From sequence record NZ_CP033968.1: a DNA stretch of 64,000 nucleotides; one strand, written 5' to 3'. The translations under genes and the position numbers were made by a program. This DNA is from a plasmid. Below are positions 9,570 to 19,192 of this stretch, one piece after another (the stretch's first letter is position 1; each line of letters starts with the position of its first letter). Under the pieces are notes generated by a model. The model was not told the origin of the DNA. It ran no database searches and saw only the letters and a program-made list of their open reading frames with translations.

Positions 9570-10016
9570 TCACTGGCAGCGCGTATCAGTGCGCTTGACC
9601 ATCTCTCTCAACTCATCCCGAACGTGCTCCGGGAGTGTTACGCCGCTTGCCATCCTGAGGAATGCCGCTCGATGTGCTCGCGACCGAGAACACAAGGCTT
9701 CCAGCTTTGTGAATGCCTCGCGTGATACGCGATAGCTTTTGGTCTCGCGAAAGACCAGGCTCAAACAAAAATCAAGAATTGACACGCGCTTGCGCAGGAA
9801 GACCGCGACGATCACGTGATCTCGGGCCTCGCGCTCCTCTGGCGGTATGGCCCCTACGCGGACGTAGTCAATCGGCTCGGTGATGTACTCCTCATCAAGC
9901 GGCGTAGCCATATGGCGAGTCGTACGGCCACCCACGTTGAAGGTATAGTCAGGATCGAATGGTTCTTGTGCGTATTCCCAGGATGGACGTGGGATCGCGG
10001 TGCCTGGATACGTCAT
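9570..10016 (-). CDS. hypothetical protein
   Basis: 148-aa ORF; last gene of a three-gene minus-strand operon. Confidence 0.45.
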   Translation of the reverse strand: MTYPGTAIPRPSWEYAQEPFDPDYTFNVGGRTTRHMATPLDEEYITEPIDYVRVGAIPPEEREARDHVIVAVFLRKRVSILDFCLSLVFRETKSYRVSREAFTKLEALCSRSRAHRAAFLRMASGVTLPEHVRDELREMVKRTDTRCQ

Positions 10017-10017
10017 T

Positions 10018-10458
10018 TCAGTTTTCAGCCCCCACGAAATCGCCGTTTGGGCGCTTGAGTCGCATCATTGGAATGCCTTTGTGTTCCAGGTGCTCAACGG
10101 ACCAGGTCTCGGACGTCTTTTTGCCGCCTGAACCGTAGAGGGAAACGGGAACACTCTTTGTGGCTGGGCCGAAGACGACGCAACCTGATCCGTCCACAGG
10201 ATGTCCACCCATGAACCAGAGGTACTTTGATGGCGGCACTGGTTCGCTGGGGCACAGATCGCTACCACTGATGACTGTAGCTTCCCCACCAACCACGAGC
10301 CGCGTCCCTGGTGGAATTACCGTGGTGTAGCCGGGCGACCCGATTGCCTTGTATGCTCCCGCGCCGATGTCCTCCAACATACCTGCGTGAGACACCCTTG
10401 CCAAACTGAGGGCGGCACCGACCAGCAGCGTCAAGGTTTTCAGAGTTCGCCTCTTCAT
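10018..10458 (-). CDS. secreted hypothetical protein
   Basis: cleavable signal peptide MKRRTLKTLTLLVGAALSLARVSHA; Gly-rich. Confidence 0.5.
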   Translation of the reverse strand: MKRRTLKTLTLLVGAALSLARVSHAGMLEDIGAGAYKAIGSPGYTTVIPPGTRLVVGGEATVISGSDLCPSEPVPPSKYLWFMGGHPVDGSGCVVFGPATKSVPVSLYGSGGKKTSETWSVEHLEHKGIPMMRLKRPNGDFVGAEN

Positions 10459-10763
10459 CGTTCAACCATCCCGTTCAGGTGTGTTCCCGGATGGATCGCG
10501 CCATCGCTCTCACCTTGTGGTCGGCCTGCGAAAAATTGGGATTGCCCAAACAGTGGGTAAAGGGTTAATGGCCCTGCCACGAAGAAGACATTGAGCATGA
10601 TGAAGTCCATCAGGAAAGTCTTCCCGAACCCGGCGCGGGCCTCTTCCGATAGAGCAGGGAGATTCCAGAAGGCAAGGCCCACCCCGCTCTTGATGCACGC
10701 CATCACGAAAGCCGCGAGCGTGACACCTAGCATCAGGGCGCCGATCATATCACTGCGTTTCAT
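10455..10763 (-). CDS. small membrane protein
   Basis: AGGAGTAAGG-ATG RBS at 10763; ATGA overlap with downstream gene; 3 TM helices. Confidence 0.45.
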   Translation of the reverse strand: MKRSDMIGALMLGVTLAAFVMACIKSGVGLAFWNLPALSEEARAGFGKTFLMDFIMLNVFFVAGPLTLYPLFGQSQFFAGRPQGESDGAIHPGTHLNGMVER

Positions 10764-11051
10764 CCTTACTCCTGTACCTGTTTCTTGTGACTGGGGCGGG
10801 GAGGAGATTGCGCCTGGCGCCATTCCGATTAGTTCTTGCCAAAGATCCGGCGAGCGCAGACATGCAGCGGAATTCCGGTGAGAAGCAACGCGACTCCGAC
10901 GATGACGGGAGTCGCCTGCGAGGTTTCAAACAATCACGATGCGCCGCCGGACTTCGCCATCAAGTACGTAACACCAGCAACACGGACGCCACCGCAATAA
11001 CGGCGAATATACCTGGCCCAAGGGGAGCCAGTAAGTCTTTGGGAGTCTTGT

Positions 11052-11345
11052 TCACTGGATAAACTCCACCGGCTGCCCGCCGATCACGGGGCGCTCGTGC
11101 TGCATCGGCAGGCTACCGATCCTTGGTGGTGCCGAAACGTTCGGGCGAAGTGAGGCAGGAGTGGCGCGGGTTAGGGCGCGCAATGCGCTCGGAGAGATCT
11201 TGAGCGAGCGGTCCGCGTCGACATGGTTCAAACCCTGCAGCAGCTCGTTGGCCGTGATGCTCAGGTTCTGCAGAATGTTGTCCGCCTCCCATTCCGGTAT
11301 GCGGGTCTCGTCGATACGCATTAGGAACGTTTGCTCCGTCATCAT
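11052..11345 (-). CDS. hypothetical protein downstream of abiEii
   Basis: 97-aa ORF starting 7 nt after the AbiEii stop; weak RBS. Confidence 0.3.
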   Translation of the reverse strand: MMTEQTFLMRIDETRIPEWEADNILQNLSITANELLQGLNHVDADRSLKISPSALRALTRATPASLRPNVSAPPRIGSLPMQHERPVIGGQPVEFIQ

Positions 11346-11354
11346 TTGTCGGCC

Positions 11355-12305
11355 TTATTGGGTTGTCGTGAGGAGTGCATCGAAACGTTCGCGGAGCAAC
11401 TTCTCTTGGTCTGCGAAGCGGGCGTCCCCCGAGTCCCTCAGCTTCATGATGTTCTGGAGCTTCCAACGGACGGCCGGCAAGTCCTTGAGGTGAGGGAAGG
11501 CCGGCATCAGAGTCCAGTCGGGCTCTGCCTTCACAAACGAGATGAGGAAATCGCGGTGAGCCGGGGTCAGCGCCGCGGGCAATTCGGTCTGAAGCCGCTG
11601 TTGGACGGCGACCAGGCGGTCGAGGCTTACCTCTTCAGTTGTCATACCCACAAACTCGCCGTAGCTCTCCTCGAGGTTCTTCTGCTTTGGGAACAGCACT
11701 TCATGGGTTGGTCGATTGTGTCCTGCCAGGTAGCCGACAAAGCAGTCGACGAAATCGGCTTGCAGGCCGAACATCTCATAGCAGTGCATGACATCGAAGA
11801 TGTCTCTCGAGTGCTGCCGATCCATCGCGGCAACCAGCTTGCTTCCGTACAGCTCTGCCTTCTGAAGGACCGGAACCGAGATGGACTTGTTGAAGAGCTC
11901 CTGTGCTTTTGGCACGAGTTCATGCATCACAGGGGCCAGCAACGTGCCCCGAAACACATAGTTGACTTCGACCTTCACGGACGAATCGGCAGATACCGCT
12001 GTCAGCTTGACGTCGTCCCCCTTGATCTTGCTGTTCGATGCGACCTTCGTGAAATGAGCCTCGTATCCCAGCTTCTCAATCGCCTCTTTTGCGCGGGCCA
12101 GCTCTTCTCCGATGCTCTGGAGCGCCGCTTCGCGGTCCATCGTGTGCTCGGTGAACACGACGTCGATATCGACGGACAAGCGGGGTAGGTCCTGGAGGAA
12201 CAGGTTAATGGCAGTTCCCCCCTTCATAGCGAACTTGTCAGTATCGAAGACGGGCGGCGCGATATCAATGAGCAGGCGGACGGTGTCGAGATAGGTATTG
12301 TTCAT
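11355..12305 (-). CDS. abiEii: nucleotidyltransferase AbiEii/AbiGii toxin (type IV TA / abortive infection)
   Basis: KGGTAINLF...RLSVDIDVVF matches the DUF1814 nucleotidyltransferase signature; 316 aa; start overlaps the stop of the upstream AbiEi gene. Confidence 0.8.
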   Translation of the reverse strand: MNNTYLDTVRLLIDIAPPVFDTDKFAMKGGTAINLFLQDLPRLSVDIDVVFTEHTMDREAALQSIGEELARAKEAIEKLGYEAHFTKVASNSKIKGDDVKLTAVSADSSVKVEVNYVFRGTLLAPVMHELVPKAQELFNKSISVPVLQKAELYGSKLVAAMDRQHSRDIFDVMHCYEMFGLQADFVDCFVGYLAGHNRPTHEVLFPKQKNLEESYGEFVGMTTEEVSLDRLVAVQQRLQTELPAALTPAHRDFLISFVKAEPDWTLMPAFPHLKDLPAVRWKLQNIMKLRDSGDARFADQEKLLRERFDALLTTTQ

Positions 12306-13027
12306 GGTTCTTGTGCGATGCTGTGCTTCAGCTTGTTCGACAACCGTTTGGCTTCGACGCGTAGATCAACATGTTCTTGGAGGTGTTTTCCCCAGTCAAA
12401 GCCGCTTTCCTCTCCCAAGACCTTCACTAGCTTGAGGACTTTCAGGCGTGTGCAACTGTCCAAGAACATGTGGAGGACCGGTGGGCGGAGGCTTCGCATC
12501 GTGACGATGATGTTCTCCACCTCTTCGAGAGTCTGGTTCTTGCCGACATCGCTCACGAGCTCGAGGAACGCGCGCTCAGGAACGGATACGAGAACAGATG
12601 GGTTTCCGTTCGGCAGCGGCTTCAGGCCTTCATCGTAGGGGAACGACTCGCCAAACAGGTTGGTCGTCTGATAGCTATAGGTAAGGTGCTTGCCGACCCA
12701 GTCCGGAAATCTGTACGCACTCTGGCCCCAAAGCACTACCTTCTCTCGGAATGCGATGTTGTGGCGGACACCTTGCCAATCCAGGGCAGTTTTCCCCCCG
12801 ACGTGCAGCCCTTTGATCCGTCGGCTCAAGAACGCCAGGATTCCGTCCCGGGTTGGTTTGTCGCCCCGGAGCAGATAGGCGCTTCTCCCGAGTTGTTCGA
12901 GCCAGGCCTCGCTGACCATATGGCTAAGGGAGCGCTCAGACACGCCCATTTCGCGGAGCATCTCTGTGTCCATCGGCTGGCCGCGTGGCGCTTGCGCCAT
13001 CAGATTGTGGAGTGGCTTGTTACGCAT
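12302..13027 (-). CDS. abiEi: AbiEi antitoxin / transcriptional regulator
   Basis: N-terminal winged-helix region (MLREMGVSERSLSHMVSEAWLEQLGRSAYLL) typical of AbiEi_4; gene order and overlap with AbiEii. Confidence 0.75.
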   Translation of the reverse strand: MRNKPLHNLMAQAPRGQPMDTEMLREMGVSERSLSHMVSEAWLEQLGRSAYLLRGDKPTRDGILAFLSRRIKGLHVGGKTALDWQGVRHNIAFREKVVLWGQSAYRFPDWVGKHLTYSYQTTNLFGESFPYDEGLKPLPNGNPSVLVSVPERAFLELVSDVGKNQTLEEVENIIVTMRSLRPPVLHMFLDSCTRLKVLKLVKVLGEESGFDWGKHLQEHVDLRVEAKRLSNKLKHSIAQEP

Positions 13028-13051
13028 TTCTCCATTCTAGTTGATTACTGA

Positions 13052-13085
13052 TGCAAAAACCCTCGCCAAAGTGTACGTTTTTGCA
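13052..13085. promoter_or_regulatory. inverted-repeat operator in abiEi / vapB divergent promoter region
   Basis: TGCAAAAAC-N16-GTTTTTGCA perfect 9-bp inverted repeat directly upstream of the abiEi start. Confidence 0.5.
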
Positions 13086-13160
13086 TGAAAAATGTGAAAG
13101 GCATCGAGCGCACAGAGCTCTTACATACCAAGGGGCACCAATCACGTCATCATTGGATGC

Positions 13161-13166
13161 TATAAT
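13161..13166 (+). promoter_or_regulatory. -10 element (TATAAT) for vapBC
   Basis: perfect TATAAT 27 nt upstream of the GGAGG RBS and ATG 13193. Confidence 0.4.
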
Positions 13167-13192
13167 TTGTGCTTGTACTTGCGGAGGCTCCT

Positions 13193-13390
13193 ATGCGTAC
13201 GACCATTGCGCTTGACGATGAACTGTTGGCCAAGGCCCAAGCCTATACGGGGCTGGAAGAGAAAACGGCACTTGTGCGCGAGGCGCTAAAGGCCTTGATC
13301 CAGCGTGAAGCCGCCAAACGACTCGCGAACCTTGGCGGGAGCCAACCGGGCATCGAAGGGGTACCGCGTCGCCGGCAGGACACCAAATGA
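13193..13390 (+). CDS. vapB: type II antitoxin VapB
   Basis: MRTTIALDDELLAKAQAYTG...ALVREALKALIQRE is a typical VapB N-terminus; GGAGG RBS. Confidence 0.8.
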   Translation: MRTTIALDDELLAKAQAYTGLEEKTALVREALKALIQREAAKRLANLGGSQPGIEGVPRRRQDTK

Positions 13391-13758
13391 TTCTTGTCGA
13401 CACGTCGGTCTGGATTGACCACCTCAACGCTTCTGATCCGATGCTGATCAGCCTCTTAACCCAGGAGCGTGTGCTGATTCATCCCTATGTGATCGGTGAG
13501 ATTTCGCTTGGTAGTCTGCGGGACCGAGATGTCGTGCTTGGCGCTCTGCGCGATTTGCCGCGAGCGCCTGTCGCAACACCAGAGGAGACCCTGTATTTGA
13601 TCGAGCGCGAAGGCTTGTTCAACCGTGGAATCGGATATGGCGATACATCATTGTTGGCATCCGCGCGTCTCCAACCAGGCATCGCCATCTGGACGCGTGA
13701 CAAGCGATTGAAGAAAGTTGCTGATGAACTCTGTCTCGGCGCGGTCCTTTCGCACTAG
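13387..13758 (+). CDS. vapC: PIN-domain toxin VapC
   Basis: MILVDTSVWIDHL... acidic PIN residues; ATGA overlap with vapB. Confidence 0.85.
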   Translation: MILVDTSVWIDHLNASDPMLISLLTQERVLIHPYVIGEISLGSLRDRDVVLGALRDLPRAPVATPEETLYLIEREGLFNRGIGYGDTSLLASARLQPGIAIWTRDKRLKKVADELCLGAVLSH

Positions 13759-13835
13759 CTCGCGGTAGTGCGGAAGCGGCCGGCCGTGCAGTCAATCACC
13801 AGGCCGGCCCTCTGGTGGACAGGAGAATTAGAAGA

Positions 13836-14483
13836 ATGACCATGGAAGTCAAACACCACCTGTTGAATCCGGATGGATCGTATAGCCCGATCATCCCGGA
13901 TGAACCGATTGGAGGCACTGCCGCGCAGTACGCCAGTTTTATTCAGGCTGAAAACGAGAGAGACGCTGAGGCGCGGGCTCTCATGATGGCCGGGAAGGTT
14001 GTTCTGGGCGCGATTGCCGAGAGAATGGCCGCGCCAAACGACCGCGCGCAACATGAGGCTGAACCACTCGGAATGCGGATCGCAGAAGACCTCGCGGTGG
14101 TGTTCGCAGCGACGATGACGAAAACAGGATCGGTGAGCCACCAGACGGTGGATCAGATTAAGACCATTGAGGCCCCGGTACAAGTTGTCAATGGCGACGC
14201 ACCGAATACGGTAGACGAAGAGGCCAAGGTCCTTGCAACGTCACTGCCAGGCGTGGAGTCGGTCGCCGGCGAAGACGGCTCGATGCTCGTCCGGTTCAGC
14301 GACGGAACTGAGGCTACTGTCACGCGCAGCTTTCTCGCGTGGACGGGCGATCCGACGTTTGAGCTTTGGCTCCCTCGTGATGAGCGGACTGGCATGGCCA
14401 AGATGATGCCCAAGCTTTCAAGAGGTGAAGTACTTAACCCGCTCGGTCAACTCGCGGCGGCAGCCGCGAAGCGCGCAGCATAG
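13836..14483 (+). CDS. hypothetical protein
   Basis: AGGAGAA RBS then ATG 13836; 215 aa. Confidence 0.45.
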   Translation: MTMEVKHHLLNPDGSYSPIIPDEPIGGTAAQYASFIQAENERDAEARALMMAGKVVLGAIAERMAAPNDRAQHEAEPLGMRIAEDLAVVFAATMTKTGSVSHQTVDQIKTIEAPVQVVNGDAPNTVDEEAKVLATSLPGVESVAGEDGSMLVRFSDGTEATVTRSFLAWTGDPTFELWLPRDERTGMAKMMPKLSRGEVLNPLGQLAAAAAKRAA

Positions 14484-14503
14484 GCGGATGCCTTCCTTGC
14501 ACC

Positions 14504-16078
14504 ATGCGCCAAGTTACCCAAGCTGATTTTCTTGCCCGCGCGCTCGAGGTGCACGGTGACCGCTACGACTACAGTCGTGCCATCTACAGTGGTTCAAATT
14601 CCAAACTCACCATCGTCTGCCGCACTCACGGGCCTTTTGAACAAACGCCCAGCAATCACTACAAGGGAAAGGGCTGTCGAGCTTGCGCCGGCGTCCAACC
14701 GTACACACTGCAGTCATTCGTTGACCGAGCGCGATCGCTCCATGGCGATCGGTATGGCTACGCCGAAGCCTTGCTGGTCAACGCACTGACCCCGCTCACA
14801 ATACGCTGCTCGGTACATGGGCTGTTCGAGCAAACGCCGCGTAGACACCTGTCCGGCGGCGGTTGCCCAAAATGTGCGATCACGCTTGGCGCAGATCGCC
14901 AGCGCGGTACGGCCGATAGCTTCATTGCCAAAGCCCATTCGGTGCATGGGGATCGATACGACTACAGCCGCGTCGCATATGCCGCGACGCACACGAAGGT
15001 TGTAATTGTCTGTCCCGAGCACGGGCCTTTTGAGCAAACCCCTGCGGCCCATCAGCGCGGCGCGGGCTGCCCAGCGTGCGCGGGCGTGGCTCGATTGGAC
15101 ACGAGTTCATTTGTCGCCCGCGCACGCGCAATCCATGGGCAGCGATTCGGATACGAGCGCACGGTGTATAGCAGTACGGCCAGCAAGCTCGTCGTGACCT
15201 GTCCGGAACACGGCGACTTTGAGATCCACCCGAGCGTGCACCTACGAGCAAATGGAGGTGGCGGCTGTCGATCGTGTATGGCCGAGCGTTTGTCTACGCG
15301 ATTCAGCAGAGGGACGGCTGGCTTCGTCGCCGACGCCCGCAAGGCGCACGGCGACAAGTACGACTACAGCGCAGTAGAGTATGTGAACAAGGAGCTCGAG
15401 GTTGTCATCGCTTGCCCGGTCCATGGTGAATTCCGCCAGCGGGCCGGCGTGCACATCACGGGCGGCGAGTGCCCGGCGTGCAGCTACGCCAAGCGCGGCG
15501 ATAAGCAGCGAATGAGCGAGGGCGAGTTTCTGGGGCGGGCGCGAGCCGCGCACGGTGACAGATACGACTACGGCCTCCTGAGCTACGCTGGCATGCACGA
15601 CTACGTGACGATCGTGTGCCCGGAACACGGCCCTTTTGAGCAAGTCGCAAACAGCCATATGCGGGGATGTGGGTGTCCAAGCTGCGCCGAACACGGGTTT
15701 GACCCCGACCAACCAGCCACGGTCTATGTCCTTGTCGTCATTGGTGACGAGGGTGGCTTTACCGGGTATGGCATCACGCGGGATCTGGACACCAGGCTGC
15801 GTGCACATCGGAAAAATCTGTCCGACGCCGGTTGGACTATCGCCAGGCTACATTTCGCAGAATTTGCGCATGGCCGAGACGCCCTCGACGTGGAGGCGTT
15901 GATCAAAGAGACCTTCGAGCTGACTGCTCAGGAGATCGATGGCTTTCGCACTGAGGCGACCCATCCGTGCAACTATGAGAAGATCATTCGGATCGTCGAC
16001 GAGCGTAAGCGGAAATGCAAAGGCGGAACATCAGTTGGACAAACTCAAATACAAGATCAAGGCGGCCAAAATCGCTAA
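14504..16078 (+). CDS. protein with six tandem ~65-aa Zn-ribbon-like repeats and a C-terminal GIY-YIG nuclease domain
   Basis: repeats HGD[RK]Y[DG]YS...VxCPEHGPFEQTP..H..G.GCPxC starting nt 14552, 14741, 14945, 15134, 15347, 15551; C-terminus VYVLVV...GYGITRDLDTRLRAH matches the GIY...YIG...R...H motif. Confidence 0.6.
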   Translation: MRQVTQADFLARALEVHGDRYDYSRAIYSGSNSKLTIVCRTHGPFEQTPSNHYKGKGCRACAGVQPYTLQSFVDRARSLHGDRYGYAEALLVNALTPLTIRCSVHGLFEQTPRRHLSGGGCPKCAITLGADRQRGTADSFIAKAHSVHGDRYDYSRVAYAATHTKVVIVCPEHGPFEQTPAAHQRGAGCPACAGVARLDTSSFVARARAIHGQRFGYERTVYSSTASKLVVTCPEHGDFEIHPSVHLRANGGGGCRSCMAERLSTRFSRGTAGFVADARKAHGDKYDYSAVEYVNKELEVVIACPVHGEFRQRAGVHITGGECPACSYAKRGDKQRMSEGEFLGRARAAHGDRYDYGLLSYAGMHDYVTIVCPEHGPFEQVANSHMRGCGCPSCAEHGFDPDQPATVYVLVVIGDEGGFTGYGITRDLDTRLRAHRKNLSDAGWTIARLHFAEFAHGRDALDVEALIKETFELTAQEIDGFRTEATHPCNYEKIIRIVDERKRKCKGGTSVGQTQIQDQGGQNR

Positions 16079-16198
16079 GCGTCTGAAGAAGGCGCAACGC
16101 GATTTGAAGCGCGGCGACAAACGCGCTCAAGAGCGCATAGCACACCATGAACAACAGCAGGTACTTCACAAGCTGACGGACCGATAGGGAAAGCAAAC

Positions 16199-16531
16199 AT
16201 GAGCAACTTCGCAGAAGCAGCTGCCGTAGACGCGATGGCAGACAAGATCGCCCAACTGGAAAGCCAGGTTGCGCATCTGCAATTGCAGTTGGAGAACGAG
16301 CGCGCGGCGACGCTCGGCGCAATGCTCGGCCCGTTGCGAGCGAGGGAGATCGTTCTGCTCAACATTGGCAGCGACAATTCATCGAAGCTGGTCGAGCGTC
16401 TGTCGCAAGACTTCGGGCCGCATGTCGACGAGGTGGTCCGCCACTTGTTTGATTTGAACCACGCTCCCTGTTCGGATCAGAAACGTGAGGAATTCCGGAC
16501 GCTTTTCAACAAAGGCATGACGAAGTTCTGA
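16199..16531 (+). CDS. hypothetical protein (coiled-coil N-terminus)
   Basis: GGGAAAG RBS; 110 aa. Confidence 0.4.
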   Translation: MSNFAEAAAVDAMADKIAQLESQVAHLQLQLENERAATLGAMLGPLRAREIVLLNIGSDNSSKLVERLSQDFGPHVDEVVRHLFDLNHAPCSDQKREEFRTLFNKGMTKF

Positions 16532-16560
16532 TCGAAGCATCGGAAACCAACGGGAACAGT

Positions 16561-17064
16561 ATGAGCACGCAAAACGACGTAGACGAACAGAAAATCGCGA
16601 GTGATGAGTTTGCCTACAAGGACGCCGCGGATCGCTGGATTGCGGGCTTCTCTTCGCGTCGCGACGCGATGCTCGCTGGCATCAATGTTGGCCTTCATTC
16701 CGTCGTTACTGCTGAGGTATCGCCTCAATGTCCTTCGTACTTCGCTCGGTTCGAGGCACGACACGTCCTTCGCCAGATGATTGACGGTCTAGCGTACGGA
16801 GAGCAGCACGGTAAATTGGTGTCGTCGGAAGAGGCTCGGGTGATCTTGAGCCCGATCGCTGACGCGAGTTTGGCAGACGGACTCGAAGGTGGGCAGTCCA
16901 GCCCCGAGTGGCTGAAGCAGCTGGATTTGATGAATCGCCTTGAGCAATGCGTTGCAGATTGGGTTGCCGCAACCAACCCGACCATGCCGCATCCCAAGTT
17001 CATTCGCTACGGTTCTGAGCAGGTGCATGTGGCCGGCGGGAACTTGGGCATCCCTTTCCTCTAA
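16561..17064 (+). CDS. hypothetical protein
   Basis: 167-aa ORF with upstream purine-rich RBS. Confidence 0.4.
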   Translation: MSTQNDVDEQKIASDEFAYKDAADRWIAGFSSRRDAMLAGINVGLHSVVTAEVSPQCPSYFARFEARHVLRQMIDGLAYGEQHGKLVSSEEARVILSPIADASLADGLEGGQSSPEWLKQLDLMNRLEQCVADWVAATNPTMPHPKFIRYGSEQVHVAGGNLGIPFL

Positions 17065-17113
17065 GTAAAGCACCGAGCGAGAGCTACGCCCCGCACCGGC
17101 CGGATGCCGGCGT

Positions 17114-17677
17114 TTGCCAGGGGATCATATGTCGGGAATCTGGCGCAAGATGCGCAACGTGGTGATGCGCGGCTTCGGGTACGTGCCCAACGAGAAGGCC
17201 GTGCGAGCCGAGGAGCTTTTTGTTGACGGGGTCGTGAAGTATCTGGAACTGATGGGCAGTGCGCTAGATCTGGCTTGGCGGCGCATTCCTATCGATTCCG
17301 CCACGCCCTTGGTGGGCTACGTCTACGGGCTGTGCAAGGCACTAGCGATAGCTGCTGAGGAGAAAGACCCGGAAGTGTTCTTCTATGGCGCGTGGCGTGT
17401 GTTGTACCGCGCCTATCCAGGTCGTAAGGACTTCGAGGCGATCTTGCAGCGTTGCGAATTCGATGCGCCGGCCTTTGTTGAGGGTCGGGACTTTGGCTTT
17501 GCAGACGCAGCACTCATTCTCACAGGCAGCAGCCCGGTTTCAAGATTTACCGCCTTGCTGGCTCGCCACTGTCCGCAGTGTATCGGCAACGAGCTTATTC
17601 TGGAGAGGGCGCTAGAGGCCGAGAGCCCCGGCACCCTGCGGGCGGCTGGGCCGGAGGCGCCAGGACGACGGCAATAG
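17114..17677 (+). CDS. hypothetical protein
   Basis: 187-aa ORF. Confidence 0.4.
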   Translation: MPGDHMSGIWRKMRNVVMRGFGYVPNEKAVRAEELFVDGVVKYLELMGSALDLAWRRIPIDSATPLVGYVYGLCKALAIAAEEKDPEVFFYGAWRVLYRAYPGRKDFEAILQRCEFDAPAFVEGRDFGFADAALILTGSSPVSRFTALLARHCPQCIGNELILERALEAESPGTLRAAGPEAPGRRQ

Positions 17678-17688
17678 GGGAGCCCTCT

Positions 17689-18237
17689 TCACTGGCGCGG
17701 TTCGCCGCTCACGACCGAAGGTCTTCCGCCGCGTTTCCCGAAGTACGAATTGACCCGCGCCTGTTGGTCCTCTACCAGCAAAGCATTGGCTGGATTTTGC
17801 GCGAACTGGATCATCCACTCTTCGTCTACGCGCTTGACTCTGCTCTTGTCTATTGCGCGAGCGACAAGGTAGTACCTGTACGCAGGTCCAGCGAGTTCCA
17901 ATCCGACCGCGCGTCGTGCCATTAGCCATGCGCTCTTGGCCGCCGGCGCGTGCGTTGCTGGATTGCCCAGACGATAGTTCTTCATCCGTTTGCGCCAGCG
18001 CCTATGTATCGTGATATCCGCGAGTTCCCTTCCGCGCCAGTGCACAAAGCCCTCGACCGAACCTGTCCACTTGCCGTTCTCCCAGGTCACCCGATGGGGC
18101 TTGCGAATTTCGTCGGCGGTCGGTTCGGCCCGTTGGAGTTCATACGGTCCGTTGTGGACCGGCTCCTCCTTCATCGGCATCCAAACCCCGACCACAAACG
18201 GAGATTTCTTCTTCTTGTCGACTGCGTTCTCTTCCAT
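17689..18237 (-). CDS. hypothetical protein
   Basis: 182-aa ORF, Lys-rich N-terminus. Confidence 0.45.
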   Translation of the reverse strand: MEENAVDKKKKSPFVVGVWMPMKEEPVHNGPYELQRAEPTADEIRKPHRVTWENGKWTGSVEGFVHWRGRELADITIHRRWRKRMKNYRLGNPATHAPAAKSAWLMARRAVGLELAGPAYRYYLVARAIDKSRVKRVDEEWMIQFAQNPANALLVEDQQARVNSYFGKRGGRPSVVSGEPRQ

Positions 18238-18457
18238 TGTTCATTCCTGCACGGTGTGCCGTTATCGTTCCTTGGTCAATCTACGGGCGATCGTGAATCT
18301 CGGCAAGTGGCGAATGGGACACTATTCACTCAATGAAATTTTTCTAGCTAAAACATACATTTCGACGAGGGTATTTGCGCGCGGAATGATGTTTTTTGTG
18401 TGAGGCACGTATTCGGTCGGAAGGTGCGCGGAGACGAATCGAGTCCAGATAACGGTT

Positions 18458-19192
18458 CTACTCAGAATCCGCGGCCTCGGCGCGGCCTTCCGCCCATGCC
18501 TGCAACAGGATAGGCTCGTCGGCAAACATGATGGGGGGCTCATCCAGGCCTGCGTGGTAGTCACGTCTACCGACGGCCTCAGCTGCTCTCTCGACGGCCT
18601 CCCTTTCACTGCGCCATTCCTCAGGGTAGGCAATGCGGGTGATGCGTGCCAGCGCGAGAGCAATCCGCTCGTCCAGCCCTCGCATGCGAGGGGCAGGTGG
18701 CTTCGGGCGGGATTTCGGCGCCGGCAACATTCCGAAATGGGCCTGAGAAATTGATACTCGCCGACGAAGGTGGGTCGCCTGAGCTCGAAGCCCCTTCGCG
18801 GTACTGAAGTTATCCCAGCCAGCCTCGATGGACGCTTCAGACGCGAGTTCACCGGCCTGGGTAAGCATTGCGGCCCATTGCTCGGGTGAGTCAAACTCGG
18901 TTAGCCAGCCATTCCCCTCATAGCATTGAAGGACCGCCTCGTCGCAGTTCAGGAGGAGGACGCGGCTCGGCGTGAACTGGCCGTCGTACTCTTCGTATTC
19001 GTCCGCTGACCTCGACTCGGCGTGATACCGCTGCCACGCTGATTCAGCGAGGGCCTTGCCATCCGTCATTGAAAGCGGATGACTGATCGGCACCTGCCGG
19101 CGGCCATCCATGTAGAAGTACGCGAGCCCTGGATGCTCGTCGTACATGTCTCGGCATACCTGGCCCTCTACAACAATGCTGGAGACCTGCAT
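18458..19192 (-). CDS. hypothetical protein
   Basis: 244-aa ORF, acidic. Confidence 0.45.
   Translation of the reverse strand: MQVSSIVVEGQVCRDMYDEHPGLAYFYMDGRRQVPISHPLSMTDGKALAESAWQRYHAESRSADEYEEYDGQFTPSRVLLLNCDEAVLQCYEGNGWLTEFDSPEQWAAMLTQAGELASEASIEAGWDNFSTAKGLRAQATHLRRRVSISQAHFGMLPAPKSRPKPPAPRMRGLDERIALALARITRIAYPEEWRSEREAVERAAEAVGRRDYHAGLDEPPIMFADEPILLQAWAEGRAEAADSE

Noticed and set aside
14552-15720. Periodic ~190-nt nucleotide repeats as a CRISPR-like or satellite array
   Set aside because: The repeats are in-frame protein repeats with divergent third positions inside one long ORF. They have no spacer/repeat structure of CRISPR size.
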